Assembly: GCA_964016885.1 (NCBI GenBank)
Contig: OZ024740.1
Span: 241,614,001 to 241,678,000, forward strand
From: Eledone cirrhosa
Taxonomy: Eukaryota
DNA: 64,000 nucleotides
Direction of reading: 5' to 3'
Under the pieces are notes generated by a model. The model saw only the letters and a list, made by a program, of their open reading frames with translations, was not told the DNA's origin and made no database searches. This document shows positions 50,939 through 64,000 of the stretch, piece after piece. A program made the position numbers and the translations under genes. Numbering within the stretch: position 1 is the first letter of the stretch; every line of letters starts with the position of its first letter.

Positions 50939-50977
50939 CTTCCTCTTTTCAAAGAATTGATATCCATCTTCCACAAC
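50939..50977 (-). CDS. PP1-family phosphatase 39-nt microexon (VVEDGYQFFEKRK)
   Basis: ataacag|GTT...AAG|gtaaga; exactly fills the gap between RAHQ and [10 protein letters not shown]. Confidence 0.93.
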
Positions 50978-51974
50978 CTGTTATTATAAAAGAAAATGCC
51001 GAAATTATACCATAGGTCTTATAAGCCCAACTAAGCAAAGTGACATTTGCTAATATTTTACATTCACATACACGCATGCTCTCACTACCATTTAAGGCAT
51101 AACTATAAGAAATTGAATTAAGAAGACTGTTTAACCCTCACCCGTCGATATACGACGCGAGAGTCCATTATATATGTATATATATATATATAAATATTTA
51201 TTTTAAAAAGGGAAAAGAATGACTTCACTTGTAGTTCTAAACAATTAATTTTATAATATTATGATCATACAATTAAGTTTTGTAGATTTAGTAAGTTCTT
51301 TGTTAACTTCGGTGGGGAGATTTTTAAAGATTCCTGGTTAACTTTCCTAGAGAACTTTCGTCGATGGCGATTTCTCGCATTCGTCGGTGGCGATTGTCAA
51401 ACTGAGATCAGGTTGTGTTGTGTTGTCATATATATATATATGGGTTCTATCCCACTCTTGGACTCAACTCACCTCCCCAATTTCTCTAATACCCCGTCCA
51501 TTATCACACTCCTAGATTCATATCGCTTTCTCTTGATCATTAACATCTCTTACAACTAATACATGCCGACTATATATGCTCACTCCACTTTTCCCATCAC
51601 TGCTCTGTATACACACATACGCACCCTTATATTAACATACCTTTGCTTATAGCTTCGTACTTACATGCACACACACTCTTTTACTCACATATACACACAC
51701 TTTCTTCTTAGCTTCGTACGAACTTATAATAACACACACACACACATGCTTACGCACGTGCACAAGTATGGCTCTTTTTACTAAACGTTCTTTTTCCATT
51801 TCAGGTAGACGCGCTCCATCATCCACTTTTCTAAAAAAATAAATCATACTCAAAACGCCAGCACCAATAGTTTTGCAGAGATGTCAACATGAATGGACCT
51901 GTTATTTTTATCTAAAGACATTTTTTCCAATTCCAACCCGCCCGTCCCCTCAATCTGTCTTATTTCTCATACTT

Positions 51975-52010
51975 TCTTCTGATGAAGGACTAGCGTTCGA
52001 AACGTTAAGA
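51975..52010 (+). ncRNA. Minimal type I hammerhead ribozyme motif (Penelope-type)
   Basis: TCTT-CTGATGA-A-GGAC-TAGC-GTTC-GAAA-CGTT-AAGA: stem I TCTT/AAGA, stem II GGAC/GTTC, palindromic stem III ACGT. Confidence 0.65.
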
Positions 52011-52229
52011 CGCTCTTCCTGCTATATCAAGCGTTAACCTAATATATCCCTTCCATATACTGTACCGTTTGTGTTGTTATTTCTGTTTACCTTTTACATA
52101 TACATATATAAATATCTCTCTCTCACTCTCTCTCACTCTCTCTATCTCTCTCTATCTCTCTATCTCTCTCTCTCTCTTATATATATTTATATAGATATAT
52201 ATACATATATAAATATATATACATATATA

Positions 52230-52264
<35 letters not shown>

Positions 52265-52266
<2 letters not shown>

Positions 52267-52947
52267 AAAATTAAAATTAAGGGTTGTCATGTCTGAGAGA
52301 CATGCGCCATATCCACTGTAGAATAAGCTCAAAGATTAGATCCGAGCATTACATATCAACTAGAAATAGTTTGACATATATATATATAAAATAAACATAT
52401 GAAACAATCACAGGGAATAATTTGTAAAGAATGTAAGCACACATAGCTAGGTAGGTAACTAATTAAATATAAGTATGTATACGTACATACATATATGTAT
52501 ACAGACGTACAGTCTGTGCATGTATATATATATATACATACTACTGTACGTCTGTATACATATATGTATGTACGTATACATACTTATATTTAAGTAACAG
52601 CCGTACTAAGAGTGAGAAATGATATTTCGTTTCATTTTTTCCGTTTATCGTTTTCGGTGCACCCGGCCGATTAACTCACTCGATATGCAAATTAGGCTGC
52701 TCAGCCGTTAATATGCATAAGGAAAGTATATACTTTCAGACATTCAATCATCTGGCAGGAAGGTATACGTTGCTGACGATAGCTAATAAGCTTGAAACTA
52801 GTACAGCGTTCCTTTGTCAGTGTTGAACAAATGAGCAACGATGGTTGCTAGACACTGTACGGCTTAATTCGGGATGTTTGTTTACAAACACACCGATCAT
52901 TTTAATAAATGTTCGGTAAATCCATACGTACATATATATATGTGTGC

Positions 52948-52982
<35 letters not shown>

Positions 52983-53736
52983 CTACTTTACGTCTGTATA
53001 TATATATGTATGTACGTATACATACTTATATTTAAGTAACAGCCGTACTAAGAGTGAGAAATGAAATTTCGTTTCGTTTTTTCCGTTTAACTAATTAAAG
53101 TTTAACTAGAACTTCAAATATTAACTACAACTTAAAATGATTAATCTCCTTTGTATATATTTCTTTAAGTAAATATATATATATGTCAATCTATTTCTAG
53201 TTGATATGTAATGCTCGGATCTAATCTTTGAGCTTATTCTACAGTGGATACGGCGCATGTCTCTCAGACATGACAACCCTTAATTTTAATTTTGGCTATT
53301 TATACGGCCCCTCGATTGTTGAGCTAATTCAGTTGAATAGGCTCGGCTGCTATTTTTGGCTATCGATGGTCCTATTCACGCCACTGGGATGACGTTGTGC
53401 AATGTGTGTATTTAAAATAAAATGCAACACGTGGTTCGAGTCATTCACAGATTTGCATTTGCTTTGTAAACGCAGATGGTTATCTTCTTCTCCTTTGGTG
53501 AACATCCAAGAATTTAACTGCTGTGATTTATGGATTAATAGGTGAAATATATTTCTTACTTAAAGAAATATATACAAAGGAGATTAATCATTTTAAAAGG
53601 TATCTTTGAAGTTCTAGTTAAACTTTAATTAGTTACCTACCTAGCTATGTGTGCTTACATTCTTTACAAATTATTTCCTGTGATTGTTTCATATGTTTAT
53701 TTTATATATATAAATGTCAATCTATTTCTAGTTGAT
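52265..53736. mobile_element. Rearranged (TA)n-associated element cluster with direct and inverted internal duplications (Penelope pLTR-like)
   Basis: 52265-52467 is the reverse complement of 53178-53295 plus 53625-53736; 52536-52650 is repeated at 52975-53088; palindrome at 52463-52593; contains the 52767 hammerhead. Confidence 0.6.
52767..52809 (+). ncRNA. Minimal type I hammerhead ribozyme motif (Penelope-type)
   Basis: ACGTTG-CTGACGA-TAGC-TAATAA-GCTT-GAAA-CTAGTA-CAGCGT: 6-bp stem I, palindromic ACTAGT stem III, GUA triplet; the first pair of stem II is U-U. Confidence 0.65.
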
Positions 53737-53756
53737 ATATATATATATATATATAT

Positions 53757-53954
53757 AACGAAGGAAATGTGGTAAGGAACCAGGTGGACCATAACGCACC
53801 AAAGTACTCAATACTTAGGGTAGTAGAGTGGGTAATAGGAACAAGTAAGACCCCGACGGCTGAGCTCAAGCCGTTTCGACGGCTAATTCTGTACTATTAG
53901 TACAGAATTAGCCGTCGAAACGGCTTGAGCTCAGCCGTCGGGGTTTTACTTGTT

Positions 53955-53959
<5 letters not shown>
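53757..53959. mobile_element. (TA)n-embedded fold-back element, copy 4
   Basis: 80-bp arm plus a hairpin at 53835-53959 (62-bp arms, one G-T pair). Confidence 0.85.
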
Positions 53960-53997
<38 letters not shown>

Positions 53998-54405
53998 GAA
54001 TGCGCGTTTATACACATGCACATATATCCAGAGACACTCATACAAAAACATACATACACACGCTAGTGCACATGCACACACAAATTAACTACATAAAAGA
54101 TTCTCAGACACACGTACGTGGACTTCCAACAACGACACACGAACCTCACACACAGAAGCAACAATGCACACCTATGAAATGCACTCCATCTGCACACACA
54201 GAATGAGAGCCATGGACTCTCCAGTCCCCCCCCCCCCCCAACACCCAAATATCGGACTACTCGCCTCCAATCCTCAGCCTTCTTAAAACGTTTTTCGAAA
54301 CGTCTACATCCTCTTAAGCGTGATACTAATACGACTTTGTCTTTTTGCATCTCGGTGTTTGTCTTGTCATTTCTTGAACTATATATATATAAATATATAT
54401 TGAAC

Positions 54406-54441
<36 letters not shown>

Positions 54442-54507
54442 AGTTTGTGTTTGTGTGTGTGTGTGTGTATGTGTGTGTGTGTGTATATGTGTGTGTGTTT
54501 GTGTGTA

Positions 54508-54564
<57 letters not shown>

Positions 54565-54611
54565 CTTGGTTATATCTACGAACCCATATATACATACATA
54601 TGTATGTATGT

Positions 54612-54999
54612 GCGTCAGTCTGGAAGGGTTATGCTCACAGTCTTGATGAAGACATTAGTAGTGGGACATGCGAATTCTGTCAACGTGTACTCCTCTCAAA
54701 AGCTGGTTACGTTAATCACCCGAAGTCACATGAAAGAACAGCCACCTGCAACACCATTCAACAAACACCCGGTGAAACAAAGTGTGTAGAAATAGTTCCG
54801 GACTAACAAAAGCACACGGTGGTGCATAAAGTTTCTATCCCACAAAATGATCTCACCAATGCTGTGGAAAGCACAACTCTCTTCTGTGTATGCAGATCTG
54901 CGGCTGGTCAAAACGCTCTCTACGAAGTCATGGACGCGGATGGGATGACAATGAAGAAACAATAAGAGACCGGCACTCGTCTGCGGAGACGCTGCAATC

Positions 55000-55000
<1 letters not shown>
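54612..55000 (+). mobile_element. RTE-like 3' fragment with a zinc finger
   Basis: CEFCQRVLLSKAGYVNHPKSH; preceded by TATG repeats. Confidence 0.6.
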
Positions 55001-55035
<35 letters not shown>

Positions 55036-55048
55036 TGTGTGTGCGTGT

Positions 55049-55079
<31 letters not shown>

Positions 55080-55585
55080 TGTGTGTAACATTAGCTAATA
55101 TTGTTCTCTTTCTTCACTACATAATATTTTCTGCTTCGCCTTATCATTAACACTAAGTTAACTAATGTTTTTCTTGTGGGTGATATCTCTGTATTACATA
55201 CTCTCAAAACAATTATATATTATACAGCAATCTACATAATAATTTACATGTACTAAATGATTCTATCAAAATTTCAGTAAGGATTGTATAGTTTATGTTT
55301 CAGCGATCAGCCAAAAGATTCCTGGGGTTATCTCTCGTAATTTTGAGAATATCTGAAATAATATGACATTGATCAATATGGTTTTATTTTGTCGCATAAT
55401 CATTTCTCTTTAATCATTTCTCTTTAAGTTTTCAATGAAAATGGTTGATATGCTAATAATAATTTAACTATATTTTAAAACTTATATAGCTGTATAACTT
55501 TAGTTTAAAACTGTTATAACAAAAAAAATATATATCTTTAGTTCATGGAGAAATTATGTATTCCCTATAAAATCCAAATATTTAC

Positions 55586-55699
55586 CTGATGTGCACGAAC
55601 CATTAAACTGCAATCCAGCTTTTTCAAGTATTCCCGAACAACATCTCCCCCAAAGGTGAAGGAAACTCCGCGATCATTCTCACCCCAACCAGCAATATC
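55586..55699 (-). CDS. PP1-family phosphatase exon ([38 protein letters not shown])
   Basis: ctcgaag|GAT...CAG|gtaaa; 114 nt; NDRG and RAHQ motifs. Confidence 0.95.
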
Positions 55700-56868
55700 C
55701 TTCGAGAAATAGGAGTGGAAGAGGAAGGAAGAGAAATTAGAAGAAGAAAATTAGAAGGTAGAATTTAATCATTACAAGAAACGATTTTTAACTTATTAAT
55801 GTGTGAAAATATAATTTTAAGTAACTATTACCAGCCTTTTTTTTATAACAATTTTAATTATCAACTATGTAGAGAATATGTGTCTGTTACTTCCTGGAAA
55901 TATTTTTGTTTTGGTATTGATGAAGTCTTTGCTTTATAAATCAATAATATTGAAAACCAATACCTTACATCATTTCACTTATGACATAAAATACATCGTT
56001 AGGAGGCAAGACATTCATCAGCCATTGACCCAAATTATAATTTCCTGTCATATAATCTAACGACCGTAAATACATTCCGGTTCTGGTAAAATATCTGTCA
56101 TTTGTTCATCGCAGCTCAGTATTAATGCATTTATTTTCGTTTAATTTTATTTTTGCGTGGGAAGCAATTTTTATTTCATTTCGAGGAAAGCTTATAGTTT
56201 GATATTTCAGCTGAGTTCATCACAATATAATTAGTCCCATTATATTAGAAAGGTAGCCAATCCTGACATGAAACGTGATCACTCAATAGCTATGACACAT
56301 TATCTCTATTATTGTAGCATTAATAGAATATTAAACAAATCTGTCTTCAACGGGGTACAAATCTATTGTAGGTCAACTTTGCAAGAATGATAGCTGCCCG
56401 TTTTCTGTCAAGGCAAGTTCAGACAAATAGAATTGAAATACTTTGTTCATGCATATAACTCATTAATAATAACTGAATATGTATCTACAATTAATGTGAT
56501 TCTATATACAGCTGAAGTCGTTACTGACAAAACTAAAATATGGCCACTTCGTACATGGTTATTGTTTGAAAATTTGCGTTATGATTGCTTGAAAAAATGA
56601 ACAACTATTGTTTTAAAACAATTTAGTATGGTGATTATTTGAAAAGAAGTTGTCTCGCCATTGTTTGAAAATGCGCTTCGGTATACATACAAATCTTCTT
56701 TGAAAAACTGCATACACTGATTATTTGAAATAATAATGCTTGGGTATTGTTTTAAAAATTTGTACAACTTGAAAATATCGTATGGACATAATTTATTAAT
56801 AGGAACGTGTGGAAAGTATTGAAAGTGCACATTGTCATTATAGGGAAAATATAACTGCTTCAATATAC

Positions 56869-56946
56869 CTCATCAGGATCTGACCAAAGTAGATCACAAA
56901 CTAATCCATGATCTGGAACATCAAGAGGTCTTTCTATTTCTCGGAT
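56869..56946 (-). CDS. PP1-family phosphatase exon ([26 protein letters not shown])
   Basis: tttccag|ATC...GAG|gtatat; 78 nt, phase 0 to 0; DLLWSDP motif. Confidence 0.95.
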
Positions 56947-57869
56947 CTGGAAAAGAAAATTAATTGAAATATATGGCAAACGATTTGATTTATATGATAA
57001 ATCTACTCCGTTAATTTTGAAAGCAAACCCTTTATCTAACACATTTTATTAAAACGCTTCATCACATTAATATCAAGCTATTGAATAAAATGGTGGATTC
57101 TCAGTGATATGCATTCAGTTATTTAAAGAACTGAACGCCCGACTTGTTAAATTAAAGGGCAAATGGTTATATATTTCCAGACCAGTTGGACGGGGAGATC
57201 TCCCCGTTTTGGCTCATTTCTCCCCCCATCTCCCCGTTTTTGTGAAAATGGGTATAGCTTTCATTATGTAAAATCTTCCCATTTTACCCCATTTCTCCCC
57301 ATTTTGAGGCACCTTTTTTCATGGTACTCCTCGTTTGAGCTTTTAGAGATTGGCAGCTCTGTATTTCATTGACACGTATGCTACTAACGTAATTTCAAGC
57401 TGGATCAGAGTGACACAATGTGTAACCAGGTTGAACCCTTGAGTAACATATACAATCCATCGAATGTTTCCACACAGTTTCCGTCAACTCAATTTTCCTG
57501 ACAAGGTTTGAGTTAACTCAAGGTTATGAAAAACCAAGATGTCCAAGATGTTATGTAGTCGAATCGAACATGATGGCACATCATGATTGCCAATCAAACT
57601 TCTTAACCACTCAACCATGCCTGCGTTCAATGCATACATTGTTCATGTATTGAAACACCTACACACCAAAAGGCCCAATCTTATATTTTGCGAGGAGGTG
57701 GCAATGGTCGCTGTGGATCAAGAGATAAATAACTTGTTAATTAAATTTGTGTCGTTATTTCGCATACAGTCTGGTACTATTTTATTTCAATCTTAAATAC
57801 TTTTAAGAAAGACAGAAATCCCTTCTTGTGCCATCACTACATCAGTGTTCGACGAACCATGACGTTCCA

Positions 57870-59230
57870 CGCTGTTCTATCTCGAGCGTGATGCCATACT
57901 TCTGCGGCTTTGACGATTTCTAGCACACTTCCCAGAAGTTTTTCCGCTAATGGAAGAGTCTTCCAGTATGTCATTCCTGATGTCATGTCCTAGGAACATT
58001 AGTTGTCTCCTTTTAATAGTGAGCAGTATCTCACGTTCCATCCGCAGTCTCTTCAAAACCTCCCATTATTTATTCAGTCAACGTATGAGATCCTGAGTAC
58101 TCCGTATTAGAAATACATCTAGGTAGACTCAAGGTATCTCCGTGTTTGATTCGTGAAAGTCCACGATTCGCAGCCGTGAAGAAGCTTTGACCAGAAAAAT
58201 CTCTTCAATTAACGAATTTTGATTCCGATTGAGAGGTTGCGATCGACAAAGAAGGACCGGAGTCTTGAGAATACATCTTTTGCAACAGGTATTATTCAGG
58301 TATCTGAGGTGTCCAGTGCACCCACGTAATTGAAGGATAAATCCTGTTCAATACGGGTATTGAAGTGGTACAGCTGATATGTTGGTGGTACCTCGGACTT
58401 CGATATAACCATTACTTTTGTCTTCTTGCTGTTGATACTCAATCCTAATTGATCACCGGTAACAACGATTATTAACCTTGTGACCATTGATGATAATTCC
58501 TTCCGGGTGGTCCTCGAGTTCATGAAGAATTATCTCTGAATACAGATTACAGACGTCTGACAACATTACACATCCCTGGCGTACTCCTCTCCCAATACGA
58601 ACCACAGCAAGTTGGTCATTGTAGACAGATCTTGTTATTCCCATGTCTTTGTCATCAATTCTAAGGATGTCGAGTATTTTAAAAAGCTCAAGAAGTCGAA
58701 CTATATCAAAAGCTTTTTGATAATCCATAAACACCAGATAGAGATCTTGTTGGTGTTGTAGGGCTCATTTGCTCAGCATTTTTAGGACAAAGACCACATT
58801 TCTCGTGCCTCACTCCTTCATGAAACCGAACTGTGATTGTGAGATTTCAGGAAGCAATAGCTTGAGCAATCAAGTGTATCATGCACTTTAGGAAAGGCAA
58901 TGAACATGGATTTAAGCATTTCCTTTGGGAAACTTCCTGTTCCATAAATGTCCAACATCAACCTCCAGGAGACATTGACTCACCCATCATCCAAAGCTTC
59001 TAACATTTCAGCACATACCTCATCTGATCTGCTTTTCCTGTCTTTAGAGTTTGTAAAGCACATTTAACCCCGGATTTGAGAATGGGTGGACCTGTTTCAA
59101 TATTGCCTTGGGTGGTGTCTTCCGATGTATGATCATCAGAAAATAAATCTTGAATGTACTCTTTCCAGTGAAGTGAGACATCTTAGGACTTATGAAGAAC
59201 ACGGCCATCGTTAGCTTTGATACACCTTGC
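57870..59230 (-). mobile_element. Degenerate RTE/BovB-like LINE RT region
   Basis: GPPILKS.V..AL, FMDYQKAFD, GRGVRQGC..S, INSKKTKVMV and FNYVG motifs, with frameshifts. Confidence 0.85.
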
Positions 59231-60287
59231 CGCAGGAAGAGACCGCTTACCAATACACTAATTTCAAACCCGCTACTTTATATTTAAATCCTGGTCAGGA
59301 TTACGACCGAAGGCTACGGCGAATCCAATTCTCGGCAAAGGTGGATGAGCCTTGGAAGCCAACAGTGGCGACCGTGGATGAACAACCAAGAAGAGAAATG
59401 GTGGTTCACTTTAACCCACTATTGCAGAAGGCAATGGGAAACCACTGCAATTATATTTCATTAGTTAACCATGATGTCACAAAAAGAACAACAATATAAA
59501 CGACGTGAACGGGGCTCACAAAAAATATAAACCCTTAAATATGTCCCCTAAAAGTAAAGGATATTTCTGTCTTCAGAAAAGAGACCAAATGCATATATAT
59601 ATCCTCGATTGACGCTGATTCATAACTTTCCGCAATAACGTATCTTCGAACGATCTAGAAGCGTTCTAATGTAAATGAACCTCCATCAGATTCGATGATG
59701 AGTATTCCAGTTTTTAGCTAAACAGAACTAGCTACTTATGCCAAAAAGAAAATGTGTGCCCTTAACGTAAGTTTCAGTAAGATTCAACATGAAACCGTGT
59801 GATATGACTCGCCTTCTGAATTGTAGTTAAAGTCTATTCAAAATGTGTTCGCCTCCCCAATTTCAATTCCCAAGCATTCCGATATAAATTAAGGATAAGA
59901 TAAAGAAATACAAACTTGTTTCCTCGCGCAATTGTGTAATAGGATAAAGATCCCATAACTCCTTGTGGAGTCGTAGAGGCACAGTCAAACGTCGTGTCTA
60001 CGTCACTTTTTAAACCTGTCGGAGACCAACACTCTCCAGGTCTGAACGCAGCCGGTGTTTCTCTATAGAGGAAGAATCGACCGCAGTACGGGACTGGTAC
60101 TTTTTTATCGACCTCGAAAGGATGAAAGGCAAAGTTAACACCAGCGGGATTTGAACTCAGAGCACGCAATGAGGTGGGACGAAGGTATTCTTGGCGGACT
60201 AAATACATGATGTTGAACGGTTTCGAAAGGTGAGCGTTCACTCTCACAACAAAGTAGATGTCGCTGTGCATGGCAGTGACCCACCAA

Positions 60288-60373
60288 GAAGACGAAGAAG
60301 AAGAAGAAGAAGAAGAAGAAGAAGAAGAAGAAGAAGAAGAAGAAGAAGAAGAAGAAGAAGAAGAAGAAGAAGA
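60288..60373. repeat. (GAA)n microsatellite
   Basis: Visible directly. Confidence 0.97.
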
Positions 60374-60884
60374 ATATGTATGTATCTTACTAGTCAGAGA
60401 ATCTGCGTGAAACATCAAAGGTGAGATAGAAAGACCGATGAGAGTTAATAGGAAACAATCAGTGTGGAAGGAAAACATCAAAGAGATAAGAAAAGTGTGA
60501 GTACAACTATCATTACTAAATGACTCCAATATCAGAAAAGGATAAATGAAAACAGCTGGAATAAAAGTTCAACACCAAGTATATGGATAATCGATTAAAG
60601 CTTCAGTGACCCTGAAGCAACAGGATTCAGAAAAGCATGAAATAGTAACAGTTCCGTTTTTATGGATGTTTAGAACTACTTTATTTGCTTCGTTATCTAA
60701 TGTTTAATTCCCTTAGCTTGTCGCAGGGTGTGATTTAGAGTAGATATGGTTGCAATTTATAGCAGTTCAAGCAAACAACCACGGAAATTCTAACTTATCC
60801 GAGGCACGTTTTAACTTTCTACTGTTTCCTAGATTTGAGGAAAATTTTGATTAAAAACCCACATTGAAATTTCGTCATACATAC

Positions 60885-60955
60885 CTGGTTTAAGTCAATC
60901 AAATCCGGTGATAATCCTCCATGCATACATAAAATGGTTCCTTCAATAAGGGCAG
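60885..60955 (-). CDS. PP1-family phosphatase exon (AALIEGTILCMHGGLSPDLIDLNQ)
   Basis: tttacag|CT GCC...AAC CAG|gtatg; 71 nt, phase 1 to 0, in phase with the previous exon; contains the HGG metal-binding motif. Confidence 0.95.
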
Positions 60956-61079
60956 CTGTAAATTAAAAGCAACCACAGTTAGTAAGGTACTCAATACATT
61001 AATTATCAGGAAAGCTCTGATGATTTCTTTTGAATGAAACAATTCTAGTCTCGTAGAAGGCATTACTATATTAAATTTG

Positions 61080-61156
<77 letters not shown>

Positions 61157-61157
<1 letters not shown>

Positions 61158-61186
61158 TAGCTGAATGACCCGGCGTTGCCCGGGTT
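61157..61186 (-). mobile_element. Helitron 3' terminus
   Basis: Minus strand CCCGGGCAACGCCGGG-TCATTCAG-CTAG|T: GC-rich hairpin 8 nt before CTAG, abutting (TA)n. The body probably extends to higher coordinates. Confidence 0.75.
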
Positions 61187-61858
61187 ACTGCTTATTCAGA
61201 TTAGTAAACAATAAAAATGAAGATATTTTTTTTTTCTCATAATTATTTCAAAATATCTATATTCTATAAAAAAAAAATCAAAATTGTAATGATAATAGAA
61301 TTTAGAAATGAAAATCTATCAAGGGTAAAACATATTCATTGTGTAATTGTTTGTTGGTGTCCAAATGAATAAATTATTGCTGCTTCCAACTCCTGAGTAA
61401 CGAAGATAGAGTTGTCCGTGGGAGAAACATGTAGTAGAGAGAGGAAAATTTGTAAATTGAAATAACAAAACTTAGTTTGACTGGAAACTGAAGCCTCTTA
61501 AATTCATATGGAACATTCTTTTTCAATATTTTAAAGAAAAAAAGTATCAACACCTAAAAGAAATATATATTAATCTCTATTTTTGCATGCAGTGTAAATT
61601 AACCAAATATAAGCAACTGCATTAACTGCTAATTTAACGGTATAAGAATATAAATCTAAACGAATAAGCGCACATACACTCACACAAACTCACACTTATA
61701 AAAATCACACACAGACATACATTCATACAAACACACACATAGAGTTTCCCCCAACAATAGATACACATACACTCACACAGACACCCACCTATAAAAAATA
61801 CACAGAGTTTCACCCTCAACGTTTGTTATGTCAGTCGTCACAGAAATGTATGTATACT

Positions 61859-61898
<40 letters not shown>

Positions 61899-62265
61899 GT
61901 TGTCAGTCATCACATGTGTAGATGTGTGTGTGTTTAATTCTCTGTGTATCTAATTAAATATTTACGTGAAGATTTATGTGTATGTAACTTAATAAGGCCT
62001 AACGTACGTAACGAACGCGCAAACACACACATACACAAACATGTAGAACATGTGACATCGTCGTCGTGGTGTTATAAAATGTTCGTTTATTATAGTTGAC
62101 TATAGCAGTTTATTTTAAATAAAATGTTATAATGTTTTAATCCAAAGGAAAATAAAAATGACATATTGTTAATCCTGGGGTTTAATATTATAACCTTGTA
62201 AAATTTGATTTGGTCGAGCCATTTGAGAATGCATAAGGAAAATACAGATAGACAGAGAGACAAAG

Positions 62266-62362
<97 letters not shown>

Positions 62363-62670
62363 TGTGTGTGTGTGTGTGTGCGTGCGTTTGTGTGTGTGAA
62401 GGGAAATTTGATCTCATTACTACAAGTTAACAAATTATCCTTCTTCAACATTGCAGTAATTCTATCAGTGATTTTAACACTCTTTACTGAGAGGTTTAAG
62501 TCTTTAGGCAGAAGTGACGAAACCTTGACAAAATGTATTTATCATATGATTAGGTCGACACTGTCAACGCTCTCAGCTGAAAATTCCTTGTGTGACAAGG
62601 AACTTGTCTGGAATAAGTATGAAATGCACAACTAAATAAATGGAAACGCGAATGTAATGTATATAAATTA

Positions 62671-62877
<207 letters not shown>

Positions 62878-63503
62878 TTACATGTATACGAATATGTGCA
62901 GCAAATGGGTGTGTGACTGATTGTCTCGGGACATGGCGCTTAGCCCAATGTTGGGTGCGTGGTGGGAAGAAAGTGGAATTACGAGGAAGTAGGCAGGGTG
63001 TTGATATAAAACAGGCAGCATATCTCACCTACAACAGACCCAAAAGCAGCAACAACAAAAAAGGTGTGAGAGTAGGGGCTTGAAGGACCTTTGAAATGTT
63101 TTTTTAACTTCTCAAAAATGATACTTCAAGTTTTGAAATAAAATTTGTTCATTAATTTAAATATTTTTCAAGTGACAGTAAATAACGCTACAATCTACAA
63201 TCGGAATAACGTTTAAGACATTTGTATCAATTTGAAATAAATGTTTCTTTATCTTTTTCTCAACAACGATACTTCCAGATTATCCGACTGTTTTGGCTCC
63301 TTCCTGTCACATGGCATTACAGTTGTCGAAATATATATAACAGCAATAGTATAACGAGTAAATTAAGGAAATTCTAACCTATTGACATATACTTCATTAT
63401 ATATAGGTAGGGGTGGGGGTGAAAAGTAAACTGAAAAATGACAACGAGCAATGAGGTACAATGAAGATATATATTAGTTTCACGCTTATTATAGTAAGAA
63501 AAG

Positions 63504-63539
63504 TCTTAACGTTTCGGACGCCAGTCCTTCGCCAGAAAA
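63504..63539 (-). ncRNA. Core-mutated hammerhead motif, same family as 51975
   Basis: Minus strand TTTT-CTGGCGA-A-GGAC-TGGC-GTCC-GAAA-CGTT-AAGA; CUGA is changed to CUGG. Confidence 0.55.
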
Positions 63540-63558
63540 AAAATGTGTGTGTGGTGTT

Positions 63559-63590
<32 letters not shown>

Positions 63591-63654
63591 TGTATGTATG
63601 TATGTATGTATGCATGCATGTATGTATGTATGTGTGTGCATATGTATGTATGTA

Positions 63655-64000
63655 AGCTCCGATTAAAAGATTGTGTAAAGGATTCATTTGAAAAAATTGG
63701 TTTGATGGTGGCTGACTGGGACATAGAAGCTCTTGAAAGAGAAACTAGGCGTGGAATGGTTAATAATGGGGTCCATAATAAGTAATGCCCTGGTGTATCC
63801 CTCGAAACGATCGGTGTCCCCATTGAATTGGTGTGCCCTGAGTGTGGAAAGATTTGCTTAAGCAAATCTGGTCTCTGGAGCCATAGTCGCAGCCATGTTC
63901 AGAGAGAACCAGTGAACTATGTTCTCCGCGGTATTGTGAAGGTTCACAGGCAACCGCATGCAAGACCTGAGGCCAGGGAGATCCATCGTGTTATCATTGT
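63655..64000 (+). mobile_element. RTE-like 3' fragment with a zinc finger
   Basis: RLKDCVKDS....W...ALER and CPECGKICLSKSGLWSHSRSH; directly follows (TATG)n. Confidence 0.7.

Noticed and set aside
59834-60529. 231-aa poly-Ser ORF and the opposite poly-Arg ORF
   Set aside because: Made of (GAA)n plus SINE sequence and lies inside a PP1 intron; no domain.

Overview
AT-rich, microsatellite-dense eukaryotic genomic DNA. The SINE/LINE repertoire suggests a mollusc, most likely an octopus (inference, not confirmed). Most ORF-track entries are microsatellite or antisense noise. By manual splicing I found two intron-containing minus-strand genes: (1) six in-phase GT-AG exons (62821 down to 45913) of a divergent PP1-family Ser/Thr phosphatase catalytic subunit; its 5' exons probably lie beyond the window and its last exon was not identified; (2) a signal-peptide exon (9060-8988) spliced to a C-type lectin exon (5125-5031), plausibly the start of an invertebrate contactin. 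The rest is transposon-derived: degenerate R4/Dong-clade LINEs of two families, RTE LINEs and their bipartite non-autonomous derivatives, a CRE-like fragment, Helitron remnants, tRNA-derived SINEs, MITEs, and Penelope-type minimal hammerhead motifs. Most notable: an apparent microsatellite-targeting retroelement system in which R4 and RTE families occupy opposite strands of (CATA)n; a (TA)n-embedded fold-back family whose arms co-vary and pivot on hammerhead-like helices; and a near-identical inverted repeat bracketing the lectin exon.
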